From the human T2T-CHM13v2.0 reference genome, Homo sapiens: DNA of 64,000 bases. The notes under the pieces were generated by a model, which did not search any database, was not told the DNA's origin, and was given only the letters and a program-made list of their open reading frames with translations. Below are positions 40,017-53,900 of this stretch, piece after piece. The DNA lies in the NCBI RefSeq assembly GCF_009914755.1, contig NC_060937.1. The stretch is one strand, 5' to 3'. Numbering within the stretch: the stretch's first letter is position 1; the number at the start of each line of letters is the position of its first letter. Both the position numbers and the translations under genes were made by a program.

Positions 40017-40734
40017 ATTCCATAATCTGTTATTGAAGGATAAGAACATATGAAGCAAAGTTCATAGGCTTAACACATTAATGGGGCTTCACAATTAATT
40101 TGTACTTAAACTTTAATTTAATATATTTTGATAAAAGAAATATTACCATTTCTAGAATCTGTAATTAATAATTATACCTTTTCACTAGCATATATTCCAT
40201 ATTGTATATTTTTAACTCGTTACATATTATACAGTAATTTTTGCTGTTTGCTAATAATACATTTCATGTAATTTTTTCAACCATTGAACATAAAGATTCT
40301 ACTTTTGCTACCAAGAAAACAACATTAATAGCTAATGATGCTGTAACACTAATATGTAGTTTATGCTACATTTAATATGCTAAGTTTAATTAAAACATAT
40401 AGCTATGGTATGAAAATACTATAACTACTAATGGTATGAATAAAGACAGAAACCATTTTAAGTTTTATTCTACCTTTTTTTTATAATATATAAAATATCC
40501 TGCATTAACACTTTTATCTATTCAAATAGGTATTATTATTCTTTCTACACACCTACACTTCTCCAGTCTTCAGCTTTGTGTGCTTGGTGACAGTACAGTG
40601 GGAAAGAATTGGAAAATAATTTTGAATTGGCTTCAAGTCTGAGACTCTTTTGGACTCTAATTTCTCACAAGACACTATAACAGAGACAATAAACCCTTTT
40701 TTTAGTAAAGGGAAAGCATAGTAAACCACTTAGG

Positions 40735-40775
40735 ACACATATACACACAAACATACACACACAAGCACACACACA
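40735..40775. repeat. Imperfect (CA)n
   Basis: Direct reading. Confidence 0.8.
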
Positions 40776-40819
40776 TTTACATGTTTTCTATTTTCTTGCA
40801 ATATGAGTATGTTTTTATA

Positions 40820-41700
40820 TACTTATTTGTATTTGTCCTTATCTTTTCTGAACTGTATTTTTGTATTATTTGACAATTTTACTACTGGGTGATTTAACTG
40901 TTCTTTGTTGATTCAAGATCTTTATATATGATTGATATTATTCAGTCATCAGTTACATGTATTGTAAAATTTTATACAATAATTACTTGCCTTTGTTACT
41001 TGTTGACTGTGCTTTTTTTAAAAAAAATGAGAAATAATATTGGTAAAATTTTAAAGCTTGACAACAGCATATACATACATACATGTGTGTATATATATAT
41101 ACACATATATCTGTTTGTATGTTATATGCATATTGATGGAAGTATAATAAATTCTACTTCAAGGGAAATTTTAATCACAATAGCCATCAAAAGCTAAATT
41201 GTATGCACATTTGCTAAGTATTTTTATATTATCCAATGTTGCATATAAAAATACAATATGCATATGGTTGCAATCCAAATGAGCATCAATAGATAAATTG
41301 TTAATTGTTTCATGCATAATGTAGAATACAATGCGTTCTTTATAAAACTTATGTAGATCTATAAATATTTAAAATCTAAGTACAATAAAATTAACTTAAA
41401 GGAAATCTAAACAGAAAGCAATATACAAAATATAACCCTCTTTTCATAAAATAGAAGTTATTTTATATATGTATACATACACAGAAGGATATTTATAGAT
41501 GCACACAAACACTTCCAGAATGATACATGGCAAACTGGTGGAAATAGCTATTTCTGGCAAGGGAAGTTGGCTCTTGATTTTGGAGGTTGAGGGTGTTGAA
41601 AATAAACTTCCTGTTTTCACTCTAATATTTCCATAATAAATGGCATTTTTATAACTAGAATATATCTGTTATATAAACATAAGTAAAAAATAAAAATATA
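40820..41700. mobile_element. Very old L1ME fragments (minus about 40820-41015; plus about 41110-41700)
   Basis: ttctttgttgattcaagatctttatatatgattgatatta (minus ORF2 end). aatccaaatgagcatcaatagataaattg...atgtagaatacaatgc (plus 3' end). Confidence 0.5.
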
Positions 41701-42134
41701 AGTAAACTAAATTATGGCTTAATTTGGCTGACTTCATATAGAAAACTCAGCACTGTAAAATGTTGGTGAATTTTTATTTGATTTTTAAAATAACAAATAT
41801 CTTTAAATAATAAATATTAATCAAATATCTCATATATGTATATATTTATATAATATATTTTGTGAGAAATGAATATGAGTATCAAATAAGGAACAAAATT
41901 ATAATTATAACATTAATCTCTAGTAGCAAACATCATATGGATAAATGCTGTTTTAAAAATTCAATTATATTTGTGAACAATACCATAAACTAAAAACGAT
42001 GTTTTCTCAAATCATAGGTAACATATATTTAAAACCAATACCCAAGATAACCTGCCTATAGAATAACTAGAGACATTCTATATAAAATTAATAACAAAAC
42101 AAGCAGTCCAGACAAACTGCATTTCAATGGCCAT

Positions 42135-42330
42135 GTACTATGTGGTTATTAGTAGAAGCTCTGTCATCAGATTTCTTGGGTATAAATTTTATTCGTAGCA
42201 GTTAGTAGCCATATGACCTCAAGCAAGTTAATTAATGTATTCTTAATTTCATTTTTAATATCAAAAAATTGTTAGAGTTTATACAATTTTTATAGAAATA
42301 TATATTAAAATACATAGTAACTACTTACTA
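42135..42330 (+). mobile_element. MIR SINE (degenerate)
   Basis: gtggttattagtagaagctctgtcatcagatttcttggg...tatgacctcaagcaagttaattaat. Confidence 0.65.
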
Positions 42331-43444
42331 AAACATAGCTGCTTTTATAAACATAGCTCACCTAATATCCAGAGCCCTCCACAATTGGTCCTAGCAAACC
42401 TTTCCAGTTGTATTCCTCAGTCCTAACACTTTATTTAAAACCGGCCTTTGTCACCACACCTATCAGTTAGTACTGTTACCTTTCTCTAAATACTCATCTT
42501 TCCCTCTTCCATTCTTGGCCAACTTACCTATTCTTTCAATGTGCCTGTATAAGTGATGTTACTTGTACAATTCCTGTCAAAGTGTAAGAACTCAGGACTT
42601 ACATTCCATATAGCTAATCTAGCTCATTTGAATACATATACTTTTCTGAATTCCTAAGGCATTTGTATTTTATTTGAATAAATTAATCAAATATGTATTT
42701 ATTATTTACTTTTAAGTTTTCACAGAGTACAATATAAGTATATTATATTTTTTATTTTACTCACTGAGGAAAAATAATATAAAAATAAATTATATAATGT
42801 GACAAAGGAATCATATTTTAAAAGATAAATGTAGGTTAGTTTTGAAATGTCTACTGGATAAGGCTCTGCACTGTTTGTTGAACACACAAAGGAATGAAAT
42901 ACTGGGAGAAGTCTACTATTCACTACAGCTTCTCCTAGATTTACACTTTCATAGTGATTGTTGCATAATGACAGGGCTATTACCATATCTTATCCAAAAA
43001 AAATCTTTCCCAGGGATAACATTTATATAAATTTAAGTAAACCTTTATTCATCTGTATAGCAGTAAGCAAGAAGAAGTTTTCATATGTGACTATATATAA
43101 TTCCATGCTTTTTTCAGCTAAATAATAGAAGTTTACATTTCTTTCTTCTTCTTCTCCATACTATAAAGAAAAAAAAATTGAGACTACATTTATTTATTAA
43201 AATGTTCAACAAATTGATAAAATAACTTGTGATGTTTCTCATTAAAATTTATGTCATTTAAGTTACTGTTGTATCATTGATGTAGCTCTGGACAATCACT
43301 TCTTATTTTGGAAGAAATTTTCAGAGGCATTAGTACTTTGTTTTCTAGGTAAAATTATATAAATATAAAACTGAAAATTTCTTCAGGCCCAAGGAATAAT
43401 AATAGTTGATTACTTGGAAACAATAAATTTTGTTCTTGATCTTA

Positions 43445-43586
43445 AAAACAGTAAAATTTTTGAGGTGATATATTTGTAAATTAGCTGGATTTAAACATTC
43501 CAAAATGTATATTTACACTGAATACTTTAATGGATCTTGTTGTACACAATAAAAACATACGATGCTATCTGTCAATTTGGAAAAAT
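43445..43586 (+). mobile_element. L1MA-type 3' terminus fragment
   Basis: tgaggtgatatatttgtaaattagctggatttaaacattccaaaatgtatat...ttgtacacaataaa...tctgtcaattt. Confidence 0.75.
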
Positions 43587-44661
43587 CAGAGTAAACATAC
43601 ATTTCTTGCATGCATAAATGTTATTTTTACTTACAATTTCTTAAGGAAATCTATTGTACATCACCTTGGAGAGAGGAGAAAAGGTTAAATAGTAAAGCAG
43701 TGATTTTTATCTAAGGCTTATGCATTTTATCACCTTTGGCATTTTTCTCTACTTGCTATCATAACAAAAGAAAATTCTAAATTGGAACAATTTACTCCAA
43801 AGAAACTTGCTACTGAAAGAAAGTTATTTTTCTAATTTTTTTTCTAAATTGAATGCATTTTAATTTTAAAATAAAACTGTGTTAATTTCTACAGTTTCTT
43901 TATCCTCCTGAAGAATCCTTACTGAGTTTCTGTCACACCTTATTTTCACTTTCATGTTAGTATAAATTAACATTGCATTAAAAAGTATTTATTCAAAATA
44001 ATGTTTCCTTGATGGAAATAAAGGAGTTAGTATTAGCAACTATGATGAAGAGCTAATAATAAAAAGTACTGTTGAATTCTTAGAAAATACTACTTCATAT
44101 TCCTCTCTATTTTTCTATCACAGATATGAAGAATAGAGCCAATATTACAACAAATAACCTTCATGCCTGCAAAAACTTTTTCAGGTACTGAAAAAATAAG
44201 GTTATTTTACCTTTCATATATACTTTTCACACCAAAGAAAATCTGAATTCCCTGCAAATATGTTCAAAAAAGTTATTATAACATCAAATGATTATGACTA
44301 CAGAGACTACAATAATACACATAATACTGTATAATACAATACAATAATACACATAATACTGTAGTAATTTAAAAAAATACTGTAATAATTTTTAAATGAG
44401 TGTCTATATACATGATGTATAGTTTATTTTTAGTTCTTAAAAACATTGTTTAATTTATGTTGATGACCTTTTCTATAATATTGTATAGCCTTCTTATCTA
44501 GTTGATTAAATAATACGTTCATATACATGTTTCTGTTGACAAAGGGAATTTACATATATAATACACATATATAAAATATATTATATATAATATTGTGTAC
44601 ATATATTATATATAGTACATATATTTAATATTTGGAATATTGCTGGGTACACAGTGAATTT

Positions 44662-44943
<282 letters not shown>

Positions 44944-44964
44944 TCACAATGAATTTCTTATAAG

Positions 44965-45323
44965 TGCTTTAAGTTGGATTGCTCAAAAAGCAGACATTGA
45001 GATGGCAATTACCACCCAAGAGTTTTATTAGATTTTTGTAGCTGTGAAACAAGAGAGTAAGAAAGCAGGATTGGGCCAAGCTATGGGTGCAGGCTCAATA
45101 ATGATGTGGCTGGCCCAATAGGGAGCCCCCTTCAGTGTCGTTCCAATATCGTACAAGGGGACTAATCTAGGTTGATTAGTCACTGAATGAAGACTGTCCA
45201 AGGAAAGAGGTCTGACCCTAGGTGATGTACTTTTTTATCAGTGAAAAGAGGACTGACAGCTGAGAGCAATTTTCTGGCAGTATCCTCAGTAGTGGAGTCA
45301 TAGTACATCATAGCTTGCTCCAC
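44965..45323 (-). mobile_element. LTR16/LTR33-group ERVL LTR
   Basis: gttggattgctcaaaaagcagacattgagatgg...aagcaggattgggcc...cccttcagtgtcg...; ends ccaca next to PPT-like gtccactcttg. Confidence 0.65.
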
Positions 45324-46985
45324 AGTCCACTCTTGTACTGCTCAGATACACTCTTCATACAGAGTTCAGAAACATTTCTTTCAGCCCTCTCATGTATCAT
45401 TTCTTGGGTGAAACTGAAGTAAGACAGGTTAGGTTTTGAACTAGATAGAGCCCCTGGCATTGCAGCTGCCCTTGGAGCTATAACCAATACTCATAGTTTC
45501 CTCTACTGTCTCAGATTCCACTTATGCTCACACAGAACTTCTAATGGTCTTTGTGGGCTTATTGGTGGCATGACTTGCATCCTCATACCTGAGAAACTTG
45601 AGCCATAAGTCACATAATCTTTGTAGCTCACTGTTGCTGGATTTATTCACTAAACATCAAAATTAGGTAAAGGAGTATCAAAAAGCACAAAAATAGCCTA
45701 CCTGAATGTCAAATACATTCCTCCCTACCTCCTCTTGATAATCAGGTTCAGTTCTCTCTGACAAGATGAAGAATTCCCTTTTTGCCTGCCGGACCCTTGG
45801 CACTAAGTCCTTGAAATACCTAAACAAAAGCGGTAGTTTTTCTTGCTGTATTTCCCACAATAGAAAAGTTTCCCCTCTAGAATAAAAAATCTCCAAACCC
45901 ACAAGAATCACTTCAGTACTTCACTCATGCCTCTTCCCTAGTCTGTCCATTGCTCTCTCCATCTGAAATGGGAAAACTCTTAAGGGATCTTTCAATTGCA
46001 CCATCCAAAGCTATTTGCTGAATATGTAACACAAGTCAGATTTTCCTTCTGCCTAATCCTGCCTCCTTACTATAATTTTCACCTATATTGATCCCAAGAA
46101 CACTACATAGGATGGTGGTAAGTGGGATAATTCCTCATATATATATACACACACTATGTACCCATAAAAACTGAAAATAAAAAAAATCATTTTAAAAAGT
46201 AGGCCTATATTTGCTTCCAGCTCTTGAATTCTGAACCATGCATTCTTCCTGCTGGGATGCATCACCATTTAAAAGTCTTTGATATATTCTGCAGGGTGGT
46301 ATCTCACTCATAAAATATTAGTATCAAGCTGGTGCTTTTGCCATGCATTTGGCTAGGTATTCCATTGCTCCCATCGGCCTCTAGATTTTGGATGTCATTA
46401 CTGTGAAATACTCAATGGATACCATGGACATGGGTGTATTCATGCATCTTTTTTGTGTAAAGTAAGTGCATTGATCTGACATGTCATGTGAAATTCTGTG
46501 CAGGTAAATAAAAAAATTTCTAAGTCTCTGGGGACAGACGCTACTTAAGGGTCAGAATGCAGGAACATAATTAATATTCTTGGAATATGTGTTTCTTCCT
46601 TTCAAAAATGGACTGCTTCCCCTTCTATGGTAGAAGAAATCCAAAAGAGTCCATTTGCCACCAAGTATCCAGAGTCTCTCTTCAAGGATTGTAGACTCAG
46701 TGTGTGTTTTTGTTGCTGAGAGATTGAACATCAAAAGTGGTAATAACTTCACTATTGGAATTCATGCTGTAAGGATACTGCATACTGCCATTACTGCTAT
46801 CATACTTATTTCATTCTTACGCTTTCTGTGCTAACTCTAGGATAGCCAATAACGGTAGTTGGTGACCATCAACTGGCCAAGTTATTTTGTCTAATTGATT
46901 CCTTAGTTCTCATCAACAGTGAATGCCCTCTTTTGGGTATTTACATATAATGGGATTTTCAATGGTTGTGGTCATCCCTCTATAT
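45324..46985 (-). mobile_element. HERV16/ERV3-16-like ERVL internal region (dUTPase and integrase remnants), with an inverted LTR piece and a short L1 tail inside
   Basis: Minus ORF 45678..45911 LVPRVRQAKREFFILSERTEPDYQEEVG resembles the ERVL dUTPase-like region. Integrase-like sequence at 46200-46950. L1MA tail actatgtacccataaaaa at about 46135-46197. Confidence 0.7.
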
Positions 46986-47034
46986 CTATGGGAGTGGGAC
47001 AGGAGGAGGCAATGAGAAGAGAAGAAAAAGGGAA

Positions 47035-47135
47035 GATAGTTTTTCTTCATTTGTAAAACTGGAAATATAATGCTTACTTCCAAATTTTAATGAAAATAAA
47101 ATAGGTTATTATATAAAAAGCAGAACACATTTTAG
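47035..47135 (+). mobile_element. MIR fragment
   Basis: agtttttcttcatttgtaaaactggaaatataatgcttacttc. Confidence 0.55.
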
Positions 47136-47644
47136 ACAGTTTGCTCATTCTTCATGGAACCTCATTAATAATAAATGGTGCACTTTGATTACAAATATAA
47201 AGAAGTAATTTAGAGATCAGAGAATTGATAAAGATGCATGTATTAAAAGTTATAGTTAACTTATTAAATGCACAAAAATAAATAACAAAAGGGATACTTA
47301 TTATCAATGCTCAAAGACAAATGTCATGGAGGAAGCATTGTTTCAGAAATATAAAAAGTAATATTTAAAGAAGGGTACAGTTAAATAATTTTAAAGTTAC
47401 GAAAAAGAAAATAAAAATATTAGCAAACCATCAACAAGTTAGTACCACAAATTGTATGTCTCAAAAAGCTGTTAATCATTTATTCATGGCCATTTCATAT
47501 ATGCTTTGTTAGAAGTTAATGGCTAATTGGCAGCTCCACCCAATAGGATTTAATTAATAGATTGTCTGAAATAAAATTATACAAACTAACCTTAACTATT
47601 AACCTTAATCAAGATGCAGTGAATCCTCTCATGGTGGGAAACAA

Positions 47645-47840
47645 GTTCATTTCCTTTGCCCACTTTCTAATGGAGTTGTTTATTTTTTGTTCATTGGATT
47701 AAGTTCCTTGTAGATTATAGATTCTGAATATTAGAACTTTGTCAAATGCATAGTTGGTGAATATTTTCTCCCATTCTGTCAGTTGTTTATTTACCCTGTT
47801 GGTAGGTTTTTTTTTTCTGTATGAAAGCACTTTAATTTTA
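47645..47840 (-). mobile_element. L1PA/PB ORF2 fragment
   Basis: tcctttgcccactttctaatggagttg...aagttccttgtagatt...atattttctcccattctgt...ctgtatgaaagcactttaattt. Confidence 0.85.
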
Positions 47841-50331
47841 TGCTGTTCTTGTTTCAAAGTGTTGTATACTGCACTCACAAATAACTATAACCACTTAGCA
47901 TTCATCTGTCGACAAAACCACTCAGTGACTACAACAAGAACTATCCAATGAAACTCTCTTGCCCCTCTCTCACTTGCATTTATCTAACAAAAATCCAACA
48001 TAATTCTTATACAACTCAGTATTCCCTAGGTCATAAAAAATTCCAGTTCATGTAAGTAATGTATTATGTATATAAAACAGGCATTTTTAATAATCAAAAC
48101 ACCCTTCTCAAGTTATTACTTGGTTATATTAAGAAAATATATATCATTTTAATTTCCAAAAGAATGTTTTCCTTATGACTAGAAAAATTCTCTTCAGGTT
48201 TTCTAAAACAAAACCAAAATATTTAGCTGTGCAGCAGAATGTGAATGCTCAAACAGTCTTGCAAGGGAAATTTAATTTTTACCCTTACGTTGGTGCATTA
48301 GAAAATATTATTTGAGTAGTTCTGACAGAAAGAACCATATACCCTGGATAGAAAGAAGTGTCTCCCTTATTTTGTGTCTAGGAATTGATACCTTGCTGAT
48401 TTTTTTTTATGAAGAATGAAACTTTCTTACCTTTGTTTAAGGAAGAATCATCTTCCTTTATTGATATGACTTGTAGTTAAACTAAGCAATGCACTTTTTC
48501 AACTACATTTTCCATCATAAGCTATTATGAATGAATAAAGTGAAAAATACTTGTGTGGAAGGATAGAAACAAGTATGACTGGAATATAGTGAAACCTTAA
48601 GATGAGAGAATGATCTAAGAGTGACTACTTTGGAAGATAATGTTGAGCAATCAGGCTAAGGAAAGGTCATGATTCACAGCACAGGAGTGTGTGTGGCGGG
48701 AGGGAGGGTCAGAGTCCACACCAGCTAAATATCTAGTCTTCACCTGAGTGAAAATTATGTTATCACCTCTGCCCAGGGCTTGTAGCAGTAAATTTTCCTA
48801 TCTCCATCTGGAAGTCATGATCATTGCTTGGTAGAAGACATCATTTATGGTTCATCACTATCTACATATAATATAAAAACATATCAAAATATGTGCTTTA
48901 TATTATATGCTGCAGAGAACCTCCACCTCTCTCTGCAGCACAATGGTGAGAATATTCTGCACAAGTATTTGTGTTGAGCTAAGTAAAGAGGCAAAATGAG
49001 AATGAAAGATCTCTGGCAAGTAAATATTCAACAAGTTGTTGACAAATATAAGTATAAATAAGTACTCTAGATCAATCCATAAGTATAGAATAAGTACTTC
49101 ATGTCATTCTCTAAACAAATACTTGAAAGTTTTATGTGTAATCACTATAGCAGTTTTTTATCCATGATATTTTCCTTTTATTTAATACTTTTTATTTCTC
49201 AAGTATCATCAATCTTTATCCATTTTAAATCTATGAGATTACATTGTACACATTATATTTCTTTTCTATATCTTTTTTCTCTATAGTCACATTTGTTATA
49301 TTGTAACAGTAAATTTTCAACTTATTTTACAAAGCAATTAATAAACATTTATTTATGTGTTTGCTTTACAGCTTAACTAATGCTTGTGATGTTTAACGCC
49401 TGTCTTTTCAACTTGGTCTACTGAGTCTTCAATACTGGTGACTGAGCTGCTCGAAGTGAACTCTGGACAAGGTGGAGAGCATCTTCTTGATTTAAGGTCT
49501 GATAAAAACTAGCAGTCTTTCAATTTATCCAGTAAAATGGGTCATAACAATACAACTATATGGTATATTTTGTTTCCAAAATTAAAAACGTCCTAACAAT
49601 CACTGTGCTTCTATTTTAGCAGTAGTGGGTAAATGGAGCTACGATCTTTATTTTTTTTACCTTGGAAGAAATATCACACACATACATGTACACACAATGA
49701 CTCCTTGAAACTTTATTTAGAAGGCAGACTCTGAGACTTATCTCTCTCAGCATTCAGAATGTGTAAGTCTTGCCAACTCATTCAGGATAGCTCCTTTTTT
49801 TCTCACCAGGTCTTGACATTATAAATGTTATAGACCAATACGCTATGTTTGAGAGTAGTGAAATGATCAGTGTCCCTCTGGATTAATTCGGACCTTTAAT
49901 AGGAGAGTTGATGTAACACAGAGGTAAGAAAATGAGGGTCTACTGCTGTTCCCTGATAGATTTAATCAAATTACATCTGGTGCTTTCTCTTAAAGAATGG
50001 AGAAAAAGCCGTTAGCAGATGGAGAGTTGCATATCAGGGGATGCATTAATTTTCTCCGCAGTAATTTTTCAGGACACGTCTGTACAGACCAGTTAAGTAA
50101 GCTAAATATGGGTATGGTATGTACACTTTTCAGGTGTTCAATAATAGCACTTATTTATGCAGCTCACCCAGAAATGTTGTATTGCTATCACTTTGCTCTT
50201 TTGTTAAGGAAGTTAAGTTCTAGAGGTTCCATTTCTCTCATTTTACTGTAATAACACTTACGTCTAAGGTCAGGAAAACAAGGTTGTATTTCTGTTAAAT
50301 GTCAAATATATGTATATGAATAACGTATTCA

Positions 50332-50859
<528 letters not shown>

Positions 50860-52356
50860 TTAAATGGCCAAATCTTTCTTTAAGTGAGAAATTACATCAC
50901 CTGTAGATGTCAGATGATGGTTCTTTGCTCCTGACACTCTAGGATCCCATCATCCTCACTAAAATTAATTAGCCACTTTCAATCATCTCACGTATTTATT
51001 GTTGTGCTATAGGGAATAATCACTACAGTGTTTTAAATGATATATTTCTCAATCTCATTGTGAATTAAACAACTCCTTGGCCTACTGGATACATAATTAT
51101 GAAAAATTCATATATTATGAATTATATTTAACATTTATCTCTCTCCAAGTTTTGGAGTTTCTTTCAGTTTATAATACAAAGAATTTCAGGCACGACAATT
51201 TCAATAATCATAGATTAAGTTTGATTCTTGGTTCAATGTACTAACCAAGAAAAGATATGATACCATCCTCAGTGGTATCAACTAGGATATGTAATCCATA
51301 GGCTTTGTTAACTTTTCTCAAACTCTCATTTCCATAAGGTAATTCAATTTAATATTATGTTTATTTTCAACTAGTCTCATATACATTCCCCCATATTTTT
51401 TTTACTTCTGAAGATAAGCAAAATACTGTGTTATTTACTATGTAAAATTATCATTATTTTTTTTGGTCAGATATTTTCTTGGCCATCAAGTGGCAGGTTG
51501 GAGTTTACTGGCTATGAGGAGTGATGGAAGTGAGAAGTAGGGAAACCTGGTATCTCCTGTGAGTGTCTGGTGAAGGCTTGACCTTAAGTGAGGCCATTAC
51601 AAGATAAACAAGGATAGCCTTTCAAAGCAAAGACAGAAAAGCTTCTTATAATGAGAAGGAAGTCTCAGAGACTCTGAGAACATTGTGATATTCACCATTA
51701 TTTAATTCCATCCAAATGTCCTCATTGCACTTTCCAGAGTCAAGTGTTTTCTTAACTAACTTTCAAATAAAATGTAGGTAACCAGGTAAAACTAAGCACT
51801 GAAAATCCACTGTAACTTAATCTGCAAGATAAGCTTCATTTTCACTATAAGGTTTTATCATAGCAGCTGTCATATCTAATAAAGCATCTCCTTCAACAGA
51901 AACTTCATTTTAGATGTAGAGATAATGAATTAATTCTTTTGTCACTGTATAATATGAAAAGTCAATATCCTATCTATAATGTACTCTTGATTCTCTTTCA
52001 ACCTAACTATCCAGAAAACGAAACCCAATTTTCTATATTTTGCGTGCTGTTAAATAAATTTCTGATTCAATTATTCAGTTAAATAGAATACAGGTTAGAA
52101 TAAAATCCATTTCAGCTAGCATAAAGATGGACAATTTATCTCATAGCTTTTGCTAGCTTACTAAATTATTTGGGTGGTTGAAAAACTTACTCTAGGCTGA
52201 TCCCGGACTTCTAAAGCCACAGTTCTGCAATGGGTTTCCTTAGAAGCTGTTCCCTATCATAATCAGAAGCTGTAGAATTATTGGTGTAGAACCAATAATC
52301 ACCCTACCAACTTTGGAGATTTCTGATAAAAATATTGCTTCCATATCCATGGTTTA

Positions 52357-52703
52357 TGCTAGGGTTTGAATGCTTGTGTCTTCTTCAAAAATTTATAGTA
52401 GAACTCACCTTCCAATGCAATAGTGTTAAGCAGTGAGACATCTAGGAGATGTTCGAGTCATGAGGATGGAGGCCTCATAAGTGGGATTATCGACCTTAGA
52501 GAAGGGCTGGAAGGAAATAGCTAGGCCCTTTTTTGCCCTTACACCATATGAGGATGCTGCAAGAAGGGTCTCGCCAAACTGTGAATGCTGGAGTCTTGAT
52601 CCTGAATGTCCCAGCCTACCGAACTACAAGAGACACATTTCACTTGCTTACAAATTACCCAGTCTCAGGCATTTTGCTATAGCAGTACAAATGGACTAGG
52701 ACA
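52357..52703 (+). mobile_element. MSTC/MSTD-like MaLR solo LTR
   Basis: tgctagggtttgaatgcttgtgtc ... aaattacccagtctcaggcattttgctatagcagtacaaatggactaggaca. Confidence 0.88.
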
Positions 52704-53644
52704 ACCTGTCTGCTATAATCAGAAAGAAGTTTTTGCTGAATTGGAGATCTACCAGAATTTTACTGCCTCTAGTTCAGTATGCAAAACGAATGCCCAGTTC
52801 CATCCCTTTGCCCCATTTGACTACGTTCCAAATTTAAGTTTACTGTGAGTATATGTTATTGATGAAATCTTATGAGATTCTCTAATTGGCACCAAAAATA
52901 TAGTTTTTAGTGTTTCTGCCTCTTCATGTTAAGATAGGATGTTAAATGTTTGTCAAGTGATATAATTTTTAATATCGGCCATATTTTTAAAAATTTCCTT
53001 CCACCCACTGTTAGAGTCTTTTGAAATCTAGTTTTTATTATGCATTTGCCCTTTCTCTTTTACTTAAATTATTAGCCACACTTTTTCTGAAATTTTTGAA
53101 TGGAGATGAGATTAAAACATATGATCAATTATCTGTACTATTGCAAGGCTATTCCAGGATTGAAGGACTTTACTAAAATTGATGACCTTAAATTTCAAAA
53201 AGACTTTTTTGAACACATTTTATTTGTAATATGTGCTTTAGTTATTATACTAAATGCCCTAGAACTTGCTGCCCTATAAGCACTTTTGGGAAAGAATTAT
53301 GCCAAATTTCAATATGTCAAGCTGTGATTAATCAACTTTATTCCCCCAAAGATTAAATTACTACTGCTAAAGGTCAATAAATGCTAATGATTGTTATCTG
53401 GCCTTACAGCTATGAACAGAATTCTTAAAAAATGATTTTAAAAAAGAAAAGTCATTTTGGAATAACTGATTAGAAAAGTCAACTAAATTTGTTACTTTTG
53501 TTGTGAAAACCTTTGTGGTTTATAACTCAACAGACAATTACTGAGTGTTCTTCATAGGATATTGTGCTGAAAAGTACAAAAATCAGTCATACAGAATAAA
53601 TGCTGGTCTGTATTTTCATTGAAACAGAATGAAAAGGAAATGAA

Positions 53645-53900
53645 ACTTCACTCTTTTGTTCAACAATACCTATTAAGTACCCAGTATGTGAAGTATGTGG
53701 CTGGTATTTATATTCTGAGGAGTGTATATAAAGAAAGCTGTAGATGTCTCTGGAGTTTAAGTACAGTGGACTTTCCAAACACTTTGTTGTTAAATCCCAT
53801 CAAAGTTATAGTATATATGAGAAGTTTTGTTTACTATTTTACAAATGAAGAAGACTCAAAAAAGTTAATATAGTCACAAAGTCATATAGAGAGTATTTTA
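53645..53900 (-). mobile_element. L2 3' tail (about 53645-53710) and MIR remnant (about 53780-53900)
   Basis: ttcaacaatacctattaagtacccagtatgtg; tattttacaaatgaagaagactca. Confidence 0.55.

Noticed and set aside
47807-47840. Poly-T with ATTAAA on the minus strand, suggesting a processed pseudogene end
   Set aside because: It continues the L1 phrase gatagtttcttttgctgtgcagaagctctttagtttaa seen at 3820-3856, so it is decayed L1.
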